A DNA stretch of 64,000 bases from a virus. The DNA lies in IMG/VR virus record IMGVR_UViG_3300005805_000046, positions 1 through 64,000 of that record; one strand, given 5' to 3'. The notes beneath the pieces are model-generated. The model made no database searches. It saw only the letters and a program-made list of their open reading frames with translations, and was not told the origin of the DNA. Position numbers and translations under genes: made by a program. Positions 9,427 to 18,717 of the stretch are shown one piece after another. Each line of letters starts with the position of its first letter. Within the stretch, counting starts at the first letter, position 1.

Positions 9427-11074
9427 ATGCGATATAATCCTCTTGCGACAATAGTTGCGGCTGTGTTCTCACCAACTCTCCTTCATTATGATTATCAATT
9501 ATCTTATTAAGATTATCTATCAGGTTCTCAACAGAGAATTTCTTAAAGTCAGCTTGTTCGGTAAAAAATCCATTTTGAGCAGCTTGTATTTGTTTGAGAA
9601 GCCAGTAGTTGCTCATTTTCATACCGAGCCTAGACAAGTATTGCTTGTGTAGATAGTATATCGCTTCGTAAACCCTGCCTGTTTTAGGAATACTATTGAT
9701 ATTAATTTTCGGAATAATATCTTTAGGCTTATTCCATAATTGCCTATATTTAGTATAGTTGATACTATCGATATAGTTTATCCATTGATCTATAGAAAGA
9801 TCCCAGTTATAATTCTTCTCTGTGGCAGCTCTAATATCAAAGCCGATTCGTTTTCTCATTTGTTCTGGCTTGTTAATAAGATCTATCAAAGTATCTATTA
9901 AAGATGCTTCATCTGGGTATACGCGAATAGCTGATGTTTCTAGTTCCTTAAAATAGGAGCCCACTTTCACCGGATATGCATTTATCTTATTAATTACGTC
10001 AGACATAGCGCTATAGTTTACCGTTACAACCGGTACGCCACAAGCAGCAGCCTCCACCTGAGGCATTCCAAATCCTTCGCAAATCGAATATTGAACATAT
10101 ACGTCGAACATTGACATTATCTTGCCTAGTATATCCGTACCAACGGGATTAGCTACGTTTGGTAAAACCGCAGATTTATTTTTGCAGTGGTAGCAGCTTT
10201 GTACAAATCCGGCCATATTAGACGAGAAAACAGCCCCGCAGTTTTTACATGTGTATGTAAAATAAATTTTATTTGCAAAGCGACTTGTTTTTATTAGATT
10301 TGCTAGATCCCACCCGGCGTCTGGATAACTAGTATGCAGGTAAAGTATGGTTGTGTCTGCTTTGCTGGACCCTGCTTCTTTAAGTCTAGCAAGAGTTTTT
10401 TCAAATGCCGAGATTAGTTCCGGAAACAGTTTTCTTTTTTGGTTTCTCATCACAGTACCAATAACCGTATAATGATGAGGAATTCTTAAGGCTTTCTTGA
10501 TTTCAGCAGTATTATTCGATGGACTGAAGAGATCCAGATCTGCGCCCGGAGAAACCGTACCTATATAATTTATGCTATTGGATGTCTCATTTTTCAAAAT
10601 ATCCCTACCCCAATCCGAGTAGGTGAATATAGCATCGGCATCTATGTATGTATCTAGCCACTCCTCTTGTTGCGGAGAAGAGTCTATTGTTGGCATCAGA
10701 ATCCAATGAAAATATTTCCTGAATGGCGAATTCTTTTGATAAGAACTCATCCAGTAGTCTCTTATGTCTATAACTATATCCGGCCGATAATCAGCAACAA
10801 CCCTGTCAAATCTCCAACGACCAAAATGATTCTCTGTATTTCCATTGTAGATATCATACCTAGGATCTGACTGATGAACACCATTAGGATAATATTTCCA
10901 AGGAATATTGTGTTTTTCTTTGTCTCCTATGAAACCGTAACTAGCAAATTCTGCTATGTCATACTTATTTGTTTCGTATAGCTTTTCTATAAGCTTTTTA
11001 TTATACACTCCAAAGCCGGAGGCTACTTTGGAAGATTCAGAACATATCAGAATTTTAGGTTTATTGTTATTCAT
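9413..11074 (-). CDS. Glycosyltransferase, GT4/GT-B with inserted Zn-ribbon
   Basis: VMRNQKRK, FDVYVQYSICEGFGMPQVEAAACGVP; CKNC...CYHC insertion. Confidence 0.85.
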   Translation of the reverse strand: MNNNKPKILICSESSKVASGFGVYNKKLIEKLYETNKYDIAEFASYGFIGDKEKHNIPWKYYPNGVHQSDPRYDIYNGNTENHFGRWRFDRVVADYRPDIVIDIRDYWMSSYQKNSPFRKYFHWILMPTIDSSPQQEEWLDTYIDADAIFTYSDWGRDILKNETSNSINYIGTVSPGADLDLFSPSNNTAEIKKALRIPHHYTVIGTVMRNQKRKLFPELISAFEKTLARLKEAGSSKADTTILYLHTSYPDAGWDLANLIKTSRFANKIYFTYTCKNCGAVFSSNMAGFVQSCYHCKNKSAVLPNVANPVGTDILGKIMSMFDVYVQYSICEGFGMPQVEAAACGVPVVTVNYSAMSDVINKINAYPVKVGSYFKELETSAIRVYPDEASLIDTLIDLINKPEQMRKRIGFDIRAATEKNYNWDLSIDQWINYIDSINYTKYRQLWNKPKDIIPKININSIPKTGRVYEAIYYLHKQYLSRLGMKMSNYWLLKQIQAAQNGFFTEQADFKKFSVENLIDNLNKIIDNHNEGELVRTQPQLLSQEDYIAYANS

Positions 11075-11076
11075 AT

Positions 11077-11102
11077 AAAAAATGGGGCTGATTAGGCCCC
11101 AT
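11077..11102 (-). terminator. Rho-independent terminator after ssb
   Basis: ATGGGGC/GCCCCAT stem followed by a T-run on the minus strand. Confidence 0.7.
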
Positions 11103-11133
11103 ATTTTAGATTGTTTATAGTGTTTGGATTAAT

Positions 11134-11502
11134 TTAGAAAGCAACCGCTTCCGCATCGGTATTACGGCTCTTTGATAGCTTGGTAATCTTAGAAAAGTTA
11201 TTAACGCGTACGCGTAGAGTACTATGCTTTACGCCATCCTTTTCCCAAGAGTCATTTCGCAACGAGCCCTCTACCATCACTAGATCTCCCTTTCTGAATG
11301 ACTCGGCAATAACCTCGGCACCAGAGTCCCATGCTTCACAATTGATAAACGTTGTTACCTTGTCCCTATCTCCCGATGCCTTTGTATATTCACGAGACAC
11401 CGCAACAGTAAAATTAACTACAGAGACGGTCTTGCCGTTGGAATCAATCTTTCGTAGTTCCGGATCTCTCGTTAAATTACCACGTAGTAGAGTAATATTC
11501 AT
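11134..11502 (-). CDS. ssb: Single-stranded DNA-binding protein
   Basis: GNLTRDPELR, FINCEAWD, KGDLVMVEGSL, C-terminal VAF. Confidence 0.95.
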   Translation of the reverse strand: MNITLLRGNLTRDPELRKIDSNGKTVSVVNFTVAVSREYTKASGDRDKVTTFINCEAWDSGAEVIAESFRKGDLVMVEGSLRNDSWEKDGVKHSTLRVRVNNFSKITKLSKSRNTDAEAVAF

Positions 11503-11555
11503 GTTACATCCTATTCTTTAAAAAGTAAACCGACCAAAACCAAACGTTGTACTTT

Positions 11556-11583
11556 ATAATATGGTCCGGCCCTGAACCGTCAA
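11556..11583 (-). promoter_or_regulatory. Putative sigma70-type promoter for ssb
   Basis: TTGACG-N16-TATTAT on the minus strand. Confidence 0.45.
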
Positions 11584-13130
11584 GTTCGCGGTATGAAAGT
11601 TTTTTCTACTATCAGACCGTCGTTACCGCTAGACCTAGAGCCCTTCACAATGATAACGTTTCCAGGAAACAGATAGTTTCTGAACTGTCTGTATGCTTCT
11701 GGAAAATAAACTATAGAGTCTGTCGAAGCGGTTCCGTCGTTTATGGTAACAAATGCCATCTCGGAACCAGGATTCTTACCCTTTTTTGTTTTTACCGCCC
11801 TAACATTCTCTATCTCGCCAGCAACCATAATATTCTTATTGCTATTGGTCTGCTTATTATTAAATTCTCTACAAGAGCAAGTGACCATGCTGATATCATA
11901 CATATCTATTTTGGAACACGATATCGAATACCCCAGCAAGGAGTTCTCTGTGTCCGCTAGCCACTCAATGGTGTCTTCTAGAGAATACGGAGGAAACTCC
12001 AAAGATCTAATTAGCTGCAGTATTGCTTCTTTTCTTTTATTTGTTATTTTTTGTTGAGATAAAGCATAGAGGTTTTTATTCAGGCCCTTTGTTCTATCTA
12101 ATACGGCAGATAAAACTTCTTGTTCCTTCTTGGTTAAGTTATTAAAAGTATTGTACTCAAACAGCATCAAGTTTCGGGATATCTTTAAGAAATCTAGAGA
12201 GCCGGACTGTATCAAAGCCTTCGCTGCAACACTATTAATTTGACTAAGCAAAAATAGATAATCCAACCAAGACATCTTAGCAAGGTCCAGCTTCTTGTCT
12301 GTTACAATCTTAATCAGCTTATCAAAAGCTGACTCTCCTACTCCTTTTATATCGGTAAGTCCGAAGTATATACATTTATTATGAAGTTCCACCAGCCTAT
12401 TCATCATTCGTATATCTGGATTTCGGACTTCTATATTCATCTCTACTGCGTTTTGTACTAATTCCTTAATCTCTGTTTGTGGATCTATTTTGTCTTTTGC
12501 GAATCTTAGATATGCAGCAAAGAATATTCTTGGAAAATGAGCCTTTGCGTAGGCCGATAGATAACAGTTCATAGCATAGCTAATAGCATGAGACTTATTA
12601 AAAGAATATCTCTGAGACTTTTCAATCCATCCGAAGATTTGATCCGCTTGGCTTTCTGATACTATATCCATGGATTTACAGCCAGCTATGAATTTAGTTT
12701 TGATTTTGGCCATTTCTTCTGGTTTCTTTTTTCCAATTGCTTTTCGTAGCATGTCTGCTTCTTGCAGATTAAAACCGGCTATAACTCTAGCTATTTCCAT
12801 AGCTTGTTCTTGATAAATCATCTCTCCATATGTTGTTTTTAATATGGGTTCTAGTGCCTGATGAAAATAATCAATACTTTCTTGTTCATTCTTTTTATCT
12901 ATATAGTGATTGCTAACGCTTTTTCCGTCTCTCATGGCCTCCAAACATCCGGGCCTCAAAATACTCAAAAGGCCAGACAGTTGTTCTATGTTGTTTGGTT
13001 TGAGTTTCTTTGCCATAGACCTACCAAGTCTAGACTCAAGCTGAAAACAGCCCTTGGTGTTTCCGCTAGAGATTAACTCCCAAGTTTTCGGACACGTCAA
13101 ATCTATACGGCTTATATCTGCATCAAACAT
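11580..13130 (-). CDS. dnaE: DNA polymerase III alpha, C-terminal half (fingers, HhH, OB)
   Basis: GCFQLES, LRPG, YQEQAM, ADMLRKAIGKKK, YSFNKSHA, GLTDIKGVG, MAFVTIND. Confidence 0.95.
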   Translation of the reverse strand: MFDADISRIDLTCPKTWELISSGNTKGCFQLESRLGRSMAKKLKPNNIEQLSGLLSILRPGCLEAMRDGKSVSNHYIDKKNEQESIDYFHQALEPILKTTYGEMIYQEQAMEIARVIAGFNLQEADMLRKAIGKKKPEEMAKIKTKFIAGCKSMDIVSESQADQIFGWIEKSQRYSFNKSHAISYAMNCYLSAYAKAHFPRIFFAAYLRFAKDKIDPQTEIKELVQNAVEMNIEVRNPDIRMMNRLVELHNKCIYFGLTDIKGVGESAFDKLIKIVTDKKLDLAKMSWLDYLFLLSQINSVAAKALIQSGSLDFLKISRNLMLFEYNTFNNLTKKEQEVLSAVLDRTKGLNKNLYALSQQKITNKRKEAILQLIRSLEFPPYSLEDTIEWLADTENSLLGYSISCSKIDMYDISMVTCSCREFNNKQTNSNKNIMVAGEIENVRAVKTKKGKNPGSEMAFVTINDGTASTDSIVYFPEAYRQFRNYLFPGNVIIVKGSRSSGNDGLIVEKTFIPRT

Positions 13131-13818
13131 CTGAAAAAGAATCCTTGAATTTAATTTTTTCTGATAGTCTCTTATGAAGCTTTAAGAACCTAATAAGAAT
13201 ATCAGCACAGTCCTTTACGTCCTTTAGAGCGTCGTGTGCATTGTCTTTATTGATTCCTAGGTAGTCTCTAAGATTATCAAGAGACAGACTTTTTAGTTCG
13301 TCAACATCCCTGAACCAGTAATAGGCTAAATTCATAATATCCAGAACATCTCTAGGATGAAATACATTTGTTTGTTTTTCTTTGTTAGTATTTCCATATT
13401 TTTCCGAAAGCCTATTAATAATTTTTAAGTCAAATCTATTGATATTATATCCAGAACAAACTGGCGCAGAAAATTGGCTTTTTTTGGAGTGATTACAATG
13501 ATACTTGTCCAGGTAATCAACAAACATCGACCAACCCTGTTTTTGATTTGTGGCCGCTAACCAAGACCTAAGAATTTCTCCCTGATCACAGCCCCTCACC
13601 TTGGCATGAAAACTCAGAATATCCGAATCATCGTACTTGTGAGCGGGATCGTTTTCCAGCTTATCTGGCTTGATCATTAAGTTGAATTCAGAATTTGGAA
13701 TGATCTCGAACTTCAAGGGATCTATCATTATGGCTGCTATCTGTACAGGGCTACAGACCAATGGGTCCGACCCGTCTGTTTCCAGATCAAAAACACAGAT
13801 TTTGTTATATTGCTTCAT
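13123..13818 (-). CDS. DEDDh 3'-5' exonuclease (DnaQ-like)
   Basis: VFDLETDG, GYNINRFD, AHDALKDV. Confidence 0.9.
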   Translation of the reverse strand: MKQYNKICVFDLETDGSDPLVCSPVQIAAIMIDPLKFEIIPNSEFNLMIKPDKLENDPAHKYDDSDILSFHAKVRGCDQGEILRSWLAATNQKQGWSMFVDYLDKYHCNHSKKSQFSAPVCSGYNINRFDLKIINRLSEKYGNTNKEKQTNVFHPRDVLDIMNLAYYWFRDVDELKSLSLDNLRDYLGINKDNAHDALKDVKDCADILIRFLKLHKRLSEKIKFKDSFSDV

Positions 13819-13991
13819 TAGTTTACTTCAACTTCTTCTAGTGGTAGGATCATAATTTTTTCTTTGGTGCTAGTATTCTCTGCGTTGAGCACTTTACAAC
13901 AACTGATTCTTTGATCAGGAATTCTAATGAATGACACCCCGTTGTGTACAAACTGTTCATTTAGTTCCAAATCCTTGAACTGCTTAAGCAT
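13818..13991 (-). CDS. Small hypothetical protein (57 aa, not in the ORF track)
   Basis: MLKQFKDLELNEQF...EEVEVN; AGGAG RBS; TAATG overlap with the exonuclease start. Confidence 0.7.
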   Translation of the reverse strand: MLKQFKDLELNEQFVHNGVSFIRIPDQRISCCKVLNAENTSTKEKIMILPLEEVEVN

Positions 13992-13992
13992 A

Positions 13993-15870
13993 TCATGTCT
14001 CTCCTTTGTTTAATAGGTCTTGAACTGTCATAATTTTGTCCAACATAGCGATACCAAGAATATCGAATTTAACGATCCCTAGAGTTTCTAGGTCTTGCAT
14101 TTCCATGCCAGCAATCAATTGGTCGTTCCTACTATCATAAACCATAGGACAAATCTCGCCAAGAGGCATAGAATTAATAGCTATCCCCGCTGCGTGTTTG
14201 GATTGGTTGGTCTTAGTACCTTCCAGCCTAATAGCCTGTTCAAATCTTTTGGCTAATGGGCCAGCCAAATTATTATTTTCGTCTATATAGCACCAATCCT
14301 TTAGTTCCGCAGCATTGTTTTCTAGAGCCCATCTAATAATAGACGCTTCTCCGTATTCTTCTTTCATTTCTTGCAACTCGTCCGCAATTTTTGCTTCGTC
14401 TGGTATATGTTTAGTTATAGTATTCATCTCATCAAATGAGATATTTCCGTACACTCTTAATACGTCTTTAAGGGCGCCTCTTCCCTTCATCGTGTTGAAT
14501 GTAATCATTTGAGATACTTTGTTATGGCCGTACTTAGTTTTTATATACTCTATAATCTGCTCTCTTTTGTTGATTGGTACGTCTAGATCGATATCTGGCA
14601 TAGATATATGATCCGAAGTATTTCTACCGGCATTATAAAATCTATCAAAAATTAGACCATATTGGATGGGATCAATCGCCGTAATACCTATTAGGTACGA
14701 AACCAAACATCCGGCAGCAGACCCTCTTCCGGGACCAGGAAGCCAACTATTTGATCGAACATAGTTCACAATGTCCTGAACGATTAAAAAATAGCTAGAC
14801 AGACCAGCACCCTGTAAAACGTCTAGTTCATATTTGATTCTAGTAGCGTATTCATCTTGAGTTTCTTTGTTTTTATTGACAAATCCTTTATCCCTCCAAC
14901 CCTGTCTACATAAATGTCTTAAATATTCCGCTTCGTCCATATTGTCTGGGCAGGGATATGCTGGTAAGCTTGGTTTTTGTGCAATCTCATAACTTTCGCA
15001 CAGACTATCGATTAGGTTTGTATTGTCTATTTCTTCTTCTGTGTGTATGCTAGACATTTCTGTCGTGTCCAGTATGTGATAATTATCAGACTTAAAAAAG
15101 GTATCCATACCAAAACTCTCATTATTAAGAATCTTGGAGTTTACATCTGGAAATGTTGTTTTTAGATTATTGCAAAGCAGTACTCTTTGATCGATAGCAT
15201 CATCTTTATTGGCGTAGTGAGCATCAGGAGTACAAATGATTTTTGTATTTGTTTTTTTGGCCAACTCTCTCAAACACTCCGTTAGCTCTTTTTGTATTGG
15301 CGTGTGTTGCACATCCATGAGCTGTGTCTCTACAAAAAAATTATCTTTACCAAATATGTTTTTGAGCCTACCAATAGACTCAACCCCCTTGGAATACCAA
15401 TCCGGAGATAAACTATCCTGCTGTAGAATATCTGAAGCTAATACAGATCCTAGATGTCCAGCAAAGCCAATCATATCCCCGCTTAATAAGGAACCTAGTT
15501 GATTTATACTTAATCTGGGCTTATAATAAAAGTGCTCTGGCTTATTCGATTCAGATACTATCTTGATGAGGTTTTTCCAGCCACGATAATTTTTAGCCAA
15601 AACTATTAGATGTGAAAGTTGTTTATTTTCTGGAGACTTGTTTGTAGCATCGTCTTTGGAAATATATAATTCGCAACCAAGAATTGGCTTGATACCAGCC
15701 TTTGTCATCGTGGTATGAAATCTAATTGCCCCAGCAATATTTCCATGATCCGTTAAAGCACAGGAGCCTACTCCGATGTTTTGACACCTATCTGCTATCT
15801 GCGACGGCTTTGACAAACCATCTAGCAAAGAGTAGTGACTATGAACGTGCAGAGGTATATATCTTTTCAT
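13993..15870 (-). CDS. dnaE: DNA polymerase III alpha, N-terminal half (PHP, palm, thumb)
   Basis: LHVHSHYSLLDG, LTDHGN, GPGRGSAAG, MPDIDLD, SKHAAG, KFDILG. Confidence 0.95.
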   Translation of the reverse strand: MKRYIPLHVHSHYSLLDGLSKPSQIADRCQNIGVGSCALTDHGNIAGAIRFHTTMTKAGIKPILGCELYISKDDATNKSPENKQLSHLIVLAKNYRGWKNLIKIVSESNKPEHFYYKPRLSINQLGSLLSGDMIGFAGHLGSVLASDILQQDSLSPDWYSKGVESIGRLKNIFGKDNFFVETQLMDVQHTPIQKELTECLRELAKKTNTKIICTPDAHYANKDDAIDQRVLLCNNLKTTFPDVNSKILNNESFGMDTFFKSDNYHILDTTEMSSIHTEEEIDNTNLIDSLCESYEIAQKPSLPAYPCPDNMDEAEYLRHLCRQGWRDKGFVNKNKETQDEYATRIKYELDVLQGAGLSSYFLIVQDIVNYVRSNSWLPGPGRGSAAGCLVSYLIGITAIDPIQYGLIFDRFYNAGRNTSDHISMPDIDLDVPINKREQIIEYIKTKYGHNKVSQMITFNTMKGRGALKDVLRVYGNISFDEMNTITKHIPDEAKIADELQEMKEEYGEASIIRWALENNAAELKDWCYIDENNNLAGPLAKRFEQAIRLEGTKTNQSKHAAGIAINSMPLGEICPMVYDSRNDQLIAGMEMQDLETLGIVKFDILGIAMLDKIMTVQDLLNKGET

Positions 15871-16908
15871 TTATTTGCCTGGGGCCTCGTAATAACCAAA
15901 AGAGTGATTCGGGTGCTTGTATGTTTTAACAACTTGATCCATTCCGTCAAGTTCCAAATCATGACGAATTTGTTCGCATTTTGTCATAAATTTACCCTTT
16001 TCTACAATTTGTCCGTCGCGATACTCTAGTATCGGCAAAACGCTTGTGTTTTCAAAAGTTGTTTTTCCAAAATAACACAGTTTGTTACACATCCAGCTTT
16101 TGTTCAGTTTTGGCTTTGTATTTTTTTTGATGTGTTCAAATTTTTTACGCAGCATATCCTCTGTTTCTATTAGGTCGGACTTGTCGAAACAGATAGAAAA
16201 CGGCCCGCCGTCATTAATAAAATAAATAGAAAAGATGATATGGTCTATATCTGGATATAGCTTACTAATAGCATAGTGATAAATTCTAAGCTGAGGATCT
16301 TTTTCTAGTTTTTCTTGTGTTTTTTCTTGACCCGTTGCCCAGTCTAGTCTTTTACCTGTTTTCCAGTCTATAATTTCTATGGTTTTGTCGTTTACGCATG
16401 TAATTAGGTCTATCGTTCCTTTTAGTGCTAGATTGCCGCTAATCGTTCCGTCTGCTGTCTTATATGAGTATTTAGACCACGGTTTTGTTATTTCAAAATC
16501 AAAGTGCTGTTCTGGACATAGTATAAATCGATTTCTTGGGTCAAACATACCCTTATTAAAAGATATCGCTTTATTTACCCATTCTCTACAGTCCTTTAAG
16601 TCTTTTGCCGACCACTTGTGGTGATCTGCAACGCTGGAATAGTGAGCATAGACCTTATCTATCAAAACGTCAAGATTATACTGATCAATCAATATGTCTC
16701 CAACTATATCGTCTACTACGGTAGTTTTATTGTCTTGTTTAGCCTTTTGAATAACTGCTAAAATTTCTAAAACCTTATGTACTATAGTCCCCTTGTCTGC
16801 CTTTTGTCCGGATGGTCCTCTCCAGCCAAGAACATATTCTCCAAAATACTGTTGTTCGCACATCGAATGAGTATTATACGACGAGCTTCGGAAATATGTT
16901 ATAATCAT
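15871..16908 (-). CDS. Cas4/AddB-like PD-(D/E)XK exonuclease
   Basis: GTIVHKVLE, KGTIDLI..IIDWKTG, QLRIY; one N-terminal and three C-terminal Cys. Confidence 0.85.
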   Translation of the reverse strand: MIITYFRSSSYNTHSMCEQQYFGEYVLGWRGPSGQKADKGTIVHKVLEILAVIQKAKQDNKTTVVDDIVGDILIDQYNLDVLIDKVYAHYSSVADHHKWSAKDLKDCREWVNKAISFNKGMFDPRNRFILCPEQHFDFEITKPWSKYSYKTADGTISGNLALKGTIDLITCVNDKTIEIIDWKTGKRLDWATGQEKTQEKLEKDPQLRIYHYAISKLYPDIDHIIFSIYFINDGGPFSICFDKSDLIETEDMLRKKFEHIKKNTKPKLNKSWMCNKLCYFGKTTFENTSVLPILEYRDGQIVEKGKFMTKCEQIRHDLELDGMDQVVKTYKHPNHSFGYYEAPGK

Positions 16909-17639
16909 GCAAGCTCCTTGCTTAAAATTTCATAAACCCTATTACATTGCTCTAGCACATCGATACTAGCGTTGTCCAATATATAATCAAATCTATTCCA
17001 GTCAAAGGCGTCTTGGTTTAGGATGTTTTCTGAAATATGATCCGACGGACCAGCAACGTCTCTGGTTAGTCTCACAACCTTTCCTCCGGCGTCCTGAACA
17101 GCATCTACTTCGTTTGGAAAACGACAATCAGTAATCAAGGCTAATTTAGGCTGATCTTTTTGTATACGACGTATCGCCGCCAACGGCCACACATTGGGCA
17201 TCATTTTACGGAAAATATCTGTGCCAACATATTGCATAACCTCGCGACCGGTTAATCGTACATCATTATAGACTAGGTGTGTTTCTTTATTTTTTTCGGC
17301 ATCCGTACCATAGCATTGTTCATAGGTTAATCCAAGTATATCCATACAAATATTTTGCTTTAATGGATCCGCAAAACTATAAATTTTAACGTGTGGTAAT
17401 ATATCCTGAACCACACTCGATACCAATGGATCAAGACTATCTGATGGCCGATAATATCTTGGAGGGTCTATAATTACGCTTTCTTTTGTGTCTGGCTTTA
17501 CAACTTCTAGTAGTCCAGACGTATTAACGGTTACGCTGTCAAATTTATTGCTGCCAGACAAAAAAATACCAAAAATAAAGTTGGCACAAGTGGTTTTGCC
17601 CGATTGTTTCTTTCCTGAGAACGCTAAAATTTTAGTCAT
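16905..17639 (-). CDS. Deoxynucleoside monophosphate kinase
   Basis: SGKKQSGKTT, SFADPLK, REVMQYVGTD, ITDCRFPNE. Confidence 0.9.
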   Translation of the reverse strand: MTKILAFSGKKQSGKTTCANFIFGIFLSGSNKFDSVTVNTSGLLEVVKPDTKESVIIDPPRYYRPSDSLDPLVSSVVQDILPHVKIYSFADPLKQNICMDILGLTYEQCYGTDAEKNKETHLVYNDVRLTGREVMQYVGTDIFRKMMPNVWPLAAIRRIQKDQPKLALITDCRFPNEVDAVQDAGGKVVRLTRDVAGPSDHISENILNQDAFDWNRFDYILDNASIDVLEQCNRVYEILSKELA

Positions 17640-18717
17640 GTATTACCCTGCTTTTAATTTCTGTATTAATTTCTGCTATTGAAAGTTCTGCAATGTCGTT
17701 TTTGCTTACTCTAATATGTTGTATGTTATATATTTTTTCGCACTTTTTTTGGATCTGTTTTCTGGCTTCTTCCCCAGCCTCGTCGCTGTCTGTGATAACT
17801 ACTATTGTCATTGCTCCGGACGTATCTAGTAGCATCTTTTGTTTGTCCGATAAGTTTGATCCAAACACAGCGACACTATTATGTATGCCGGCCATCTCTA
17901 GTTTCCAAACATTTGCTGGGCTTTCTACGAGTATTACTTCTCTTAATTTCGCTATATGTTCTTTAGCGTACCAGAAATTGTATAAGGCATTTTCTGCTTT
18001 AAATCCGTCGCTATGTTTCCATTTTGGTTTCAGGCCCTCTTTTAGTGAGCGGCCAGTACAGCCTATCATAAAACTATGACCAGTATCATAGATAGGTACA
18101 ACCGCTCTATTATACATTTCTCGGTTGCTATTAACGCAATCTCCTACATCATATTTATCCAAGATCTCTTTTGTGAAACCCCTACTAATAAAGTATTGGC
18201 TAGGAATATTCAATAGCTGTCTAATCTTTTTACGGCTAATCTGTTGATTGTTTTGTGTTGACGTATCTACAGAGAGAATGGACACTTGGGATACAAATTT
18301 TTGTTTGTTCTTTTGTGTTTTATCTACTTGTAGACTGTCTAAGTCTATACTAACAAAATCCGACGCAAACTTCAAAGCGTCTGCGAACGGTACAGTCCTG
18401 TTACCTTCTTCTGTCCAACCGTGTTGCTTATGGGAAAGTACACCCCTAATAAACCCTATAATAGAGGACTTAAACACCTTTTCGCACTGATGCGTTCTGC
18501 ATTTCCAGTTTCCTCTATATGTCTCTCCTTCCGGATACAAATTCATAGCACTAGGATTATCTCCCCCATGAATAGGGCAGCTCATGCTAATAAATCTGCC
18601 GTTCTGTCTATATTCAAGACCAAAGTGGTTTAATAGGGTGTCGATATTATCGCATACCCTATCACAAAGTAGCTTGATTTTATTTTGATCAATCGAATGG
18701 GATGTTTTGGTCATCAT
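17632..18717 (-). CDS. DNA primase (Zn-binding + TOPRIM)
   Basis: CPIHGGDNPS..C..C; LVESPANV; TDSDEAG. Confidence 0.9.
   Translation of the reverse strand: MMTKTSHSIDQNKIKLLCDRVCDNIDTLLNHFGLEYRQNGRFISMSCPIHGGDNPSAMNLYPEGETYRGNWKCRTHQCEKVFKSSIIGFIRGVLSHKQHGWTEEGNRTVPFADALKFASDFVSIDLDSLQVDKTQKNKQKFVSQVSILSVDTSTQNNQQISRKKIRQLLNIPSQYFISRGFTKEILDKYDVGDCVNSNREMYNRAVVPIYDTGHSFMIGCTGRSLKEGLKPKWKHSDGFKAENALYNFWYAKEHIAKLREVILVESPANVWKLEMAGIHNSVAVFGSNLSDKQKMLLDTSGAMTIVVITDSDEAGEEARKQIQKKCEKIYNIQHIRVSKNDIAELSIAEINTEIKSRVIHD

Noticed and set aside
11580-15870. Split intein or frameshifted pseudogene in dnaE
   Set aside because: No intein-type Cys/Ser start or His-Asn end; two intact coupled genes separate the halves
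15871-16908. CRISPR-Cas system suggested by the Cas4-like nuclease
   Set aside because: No repeat-spacer array or other cas genes seen; stand-alone Cas4-like nucleases are common in phage replication modules
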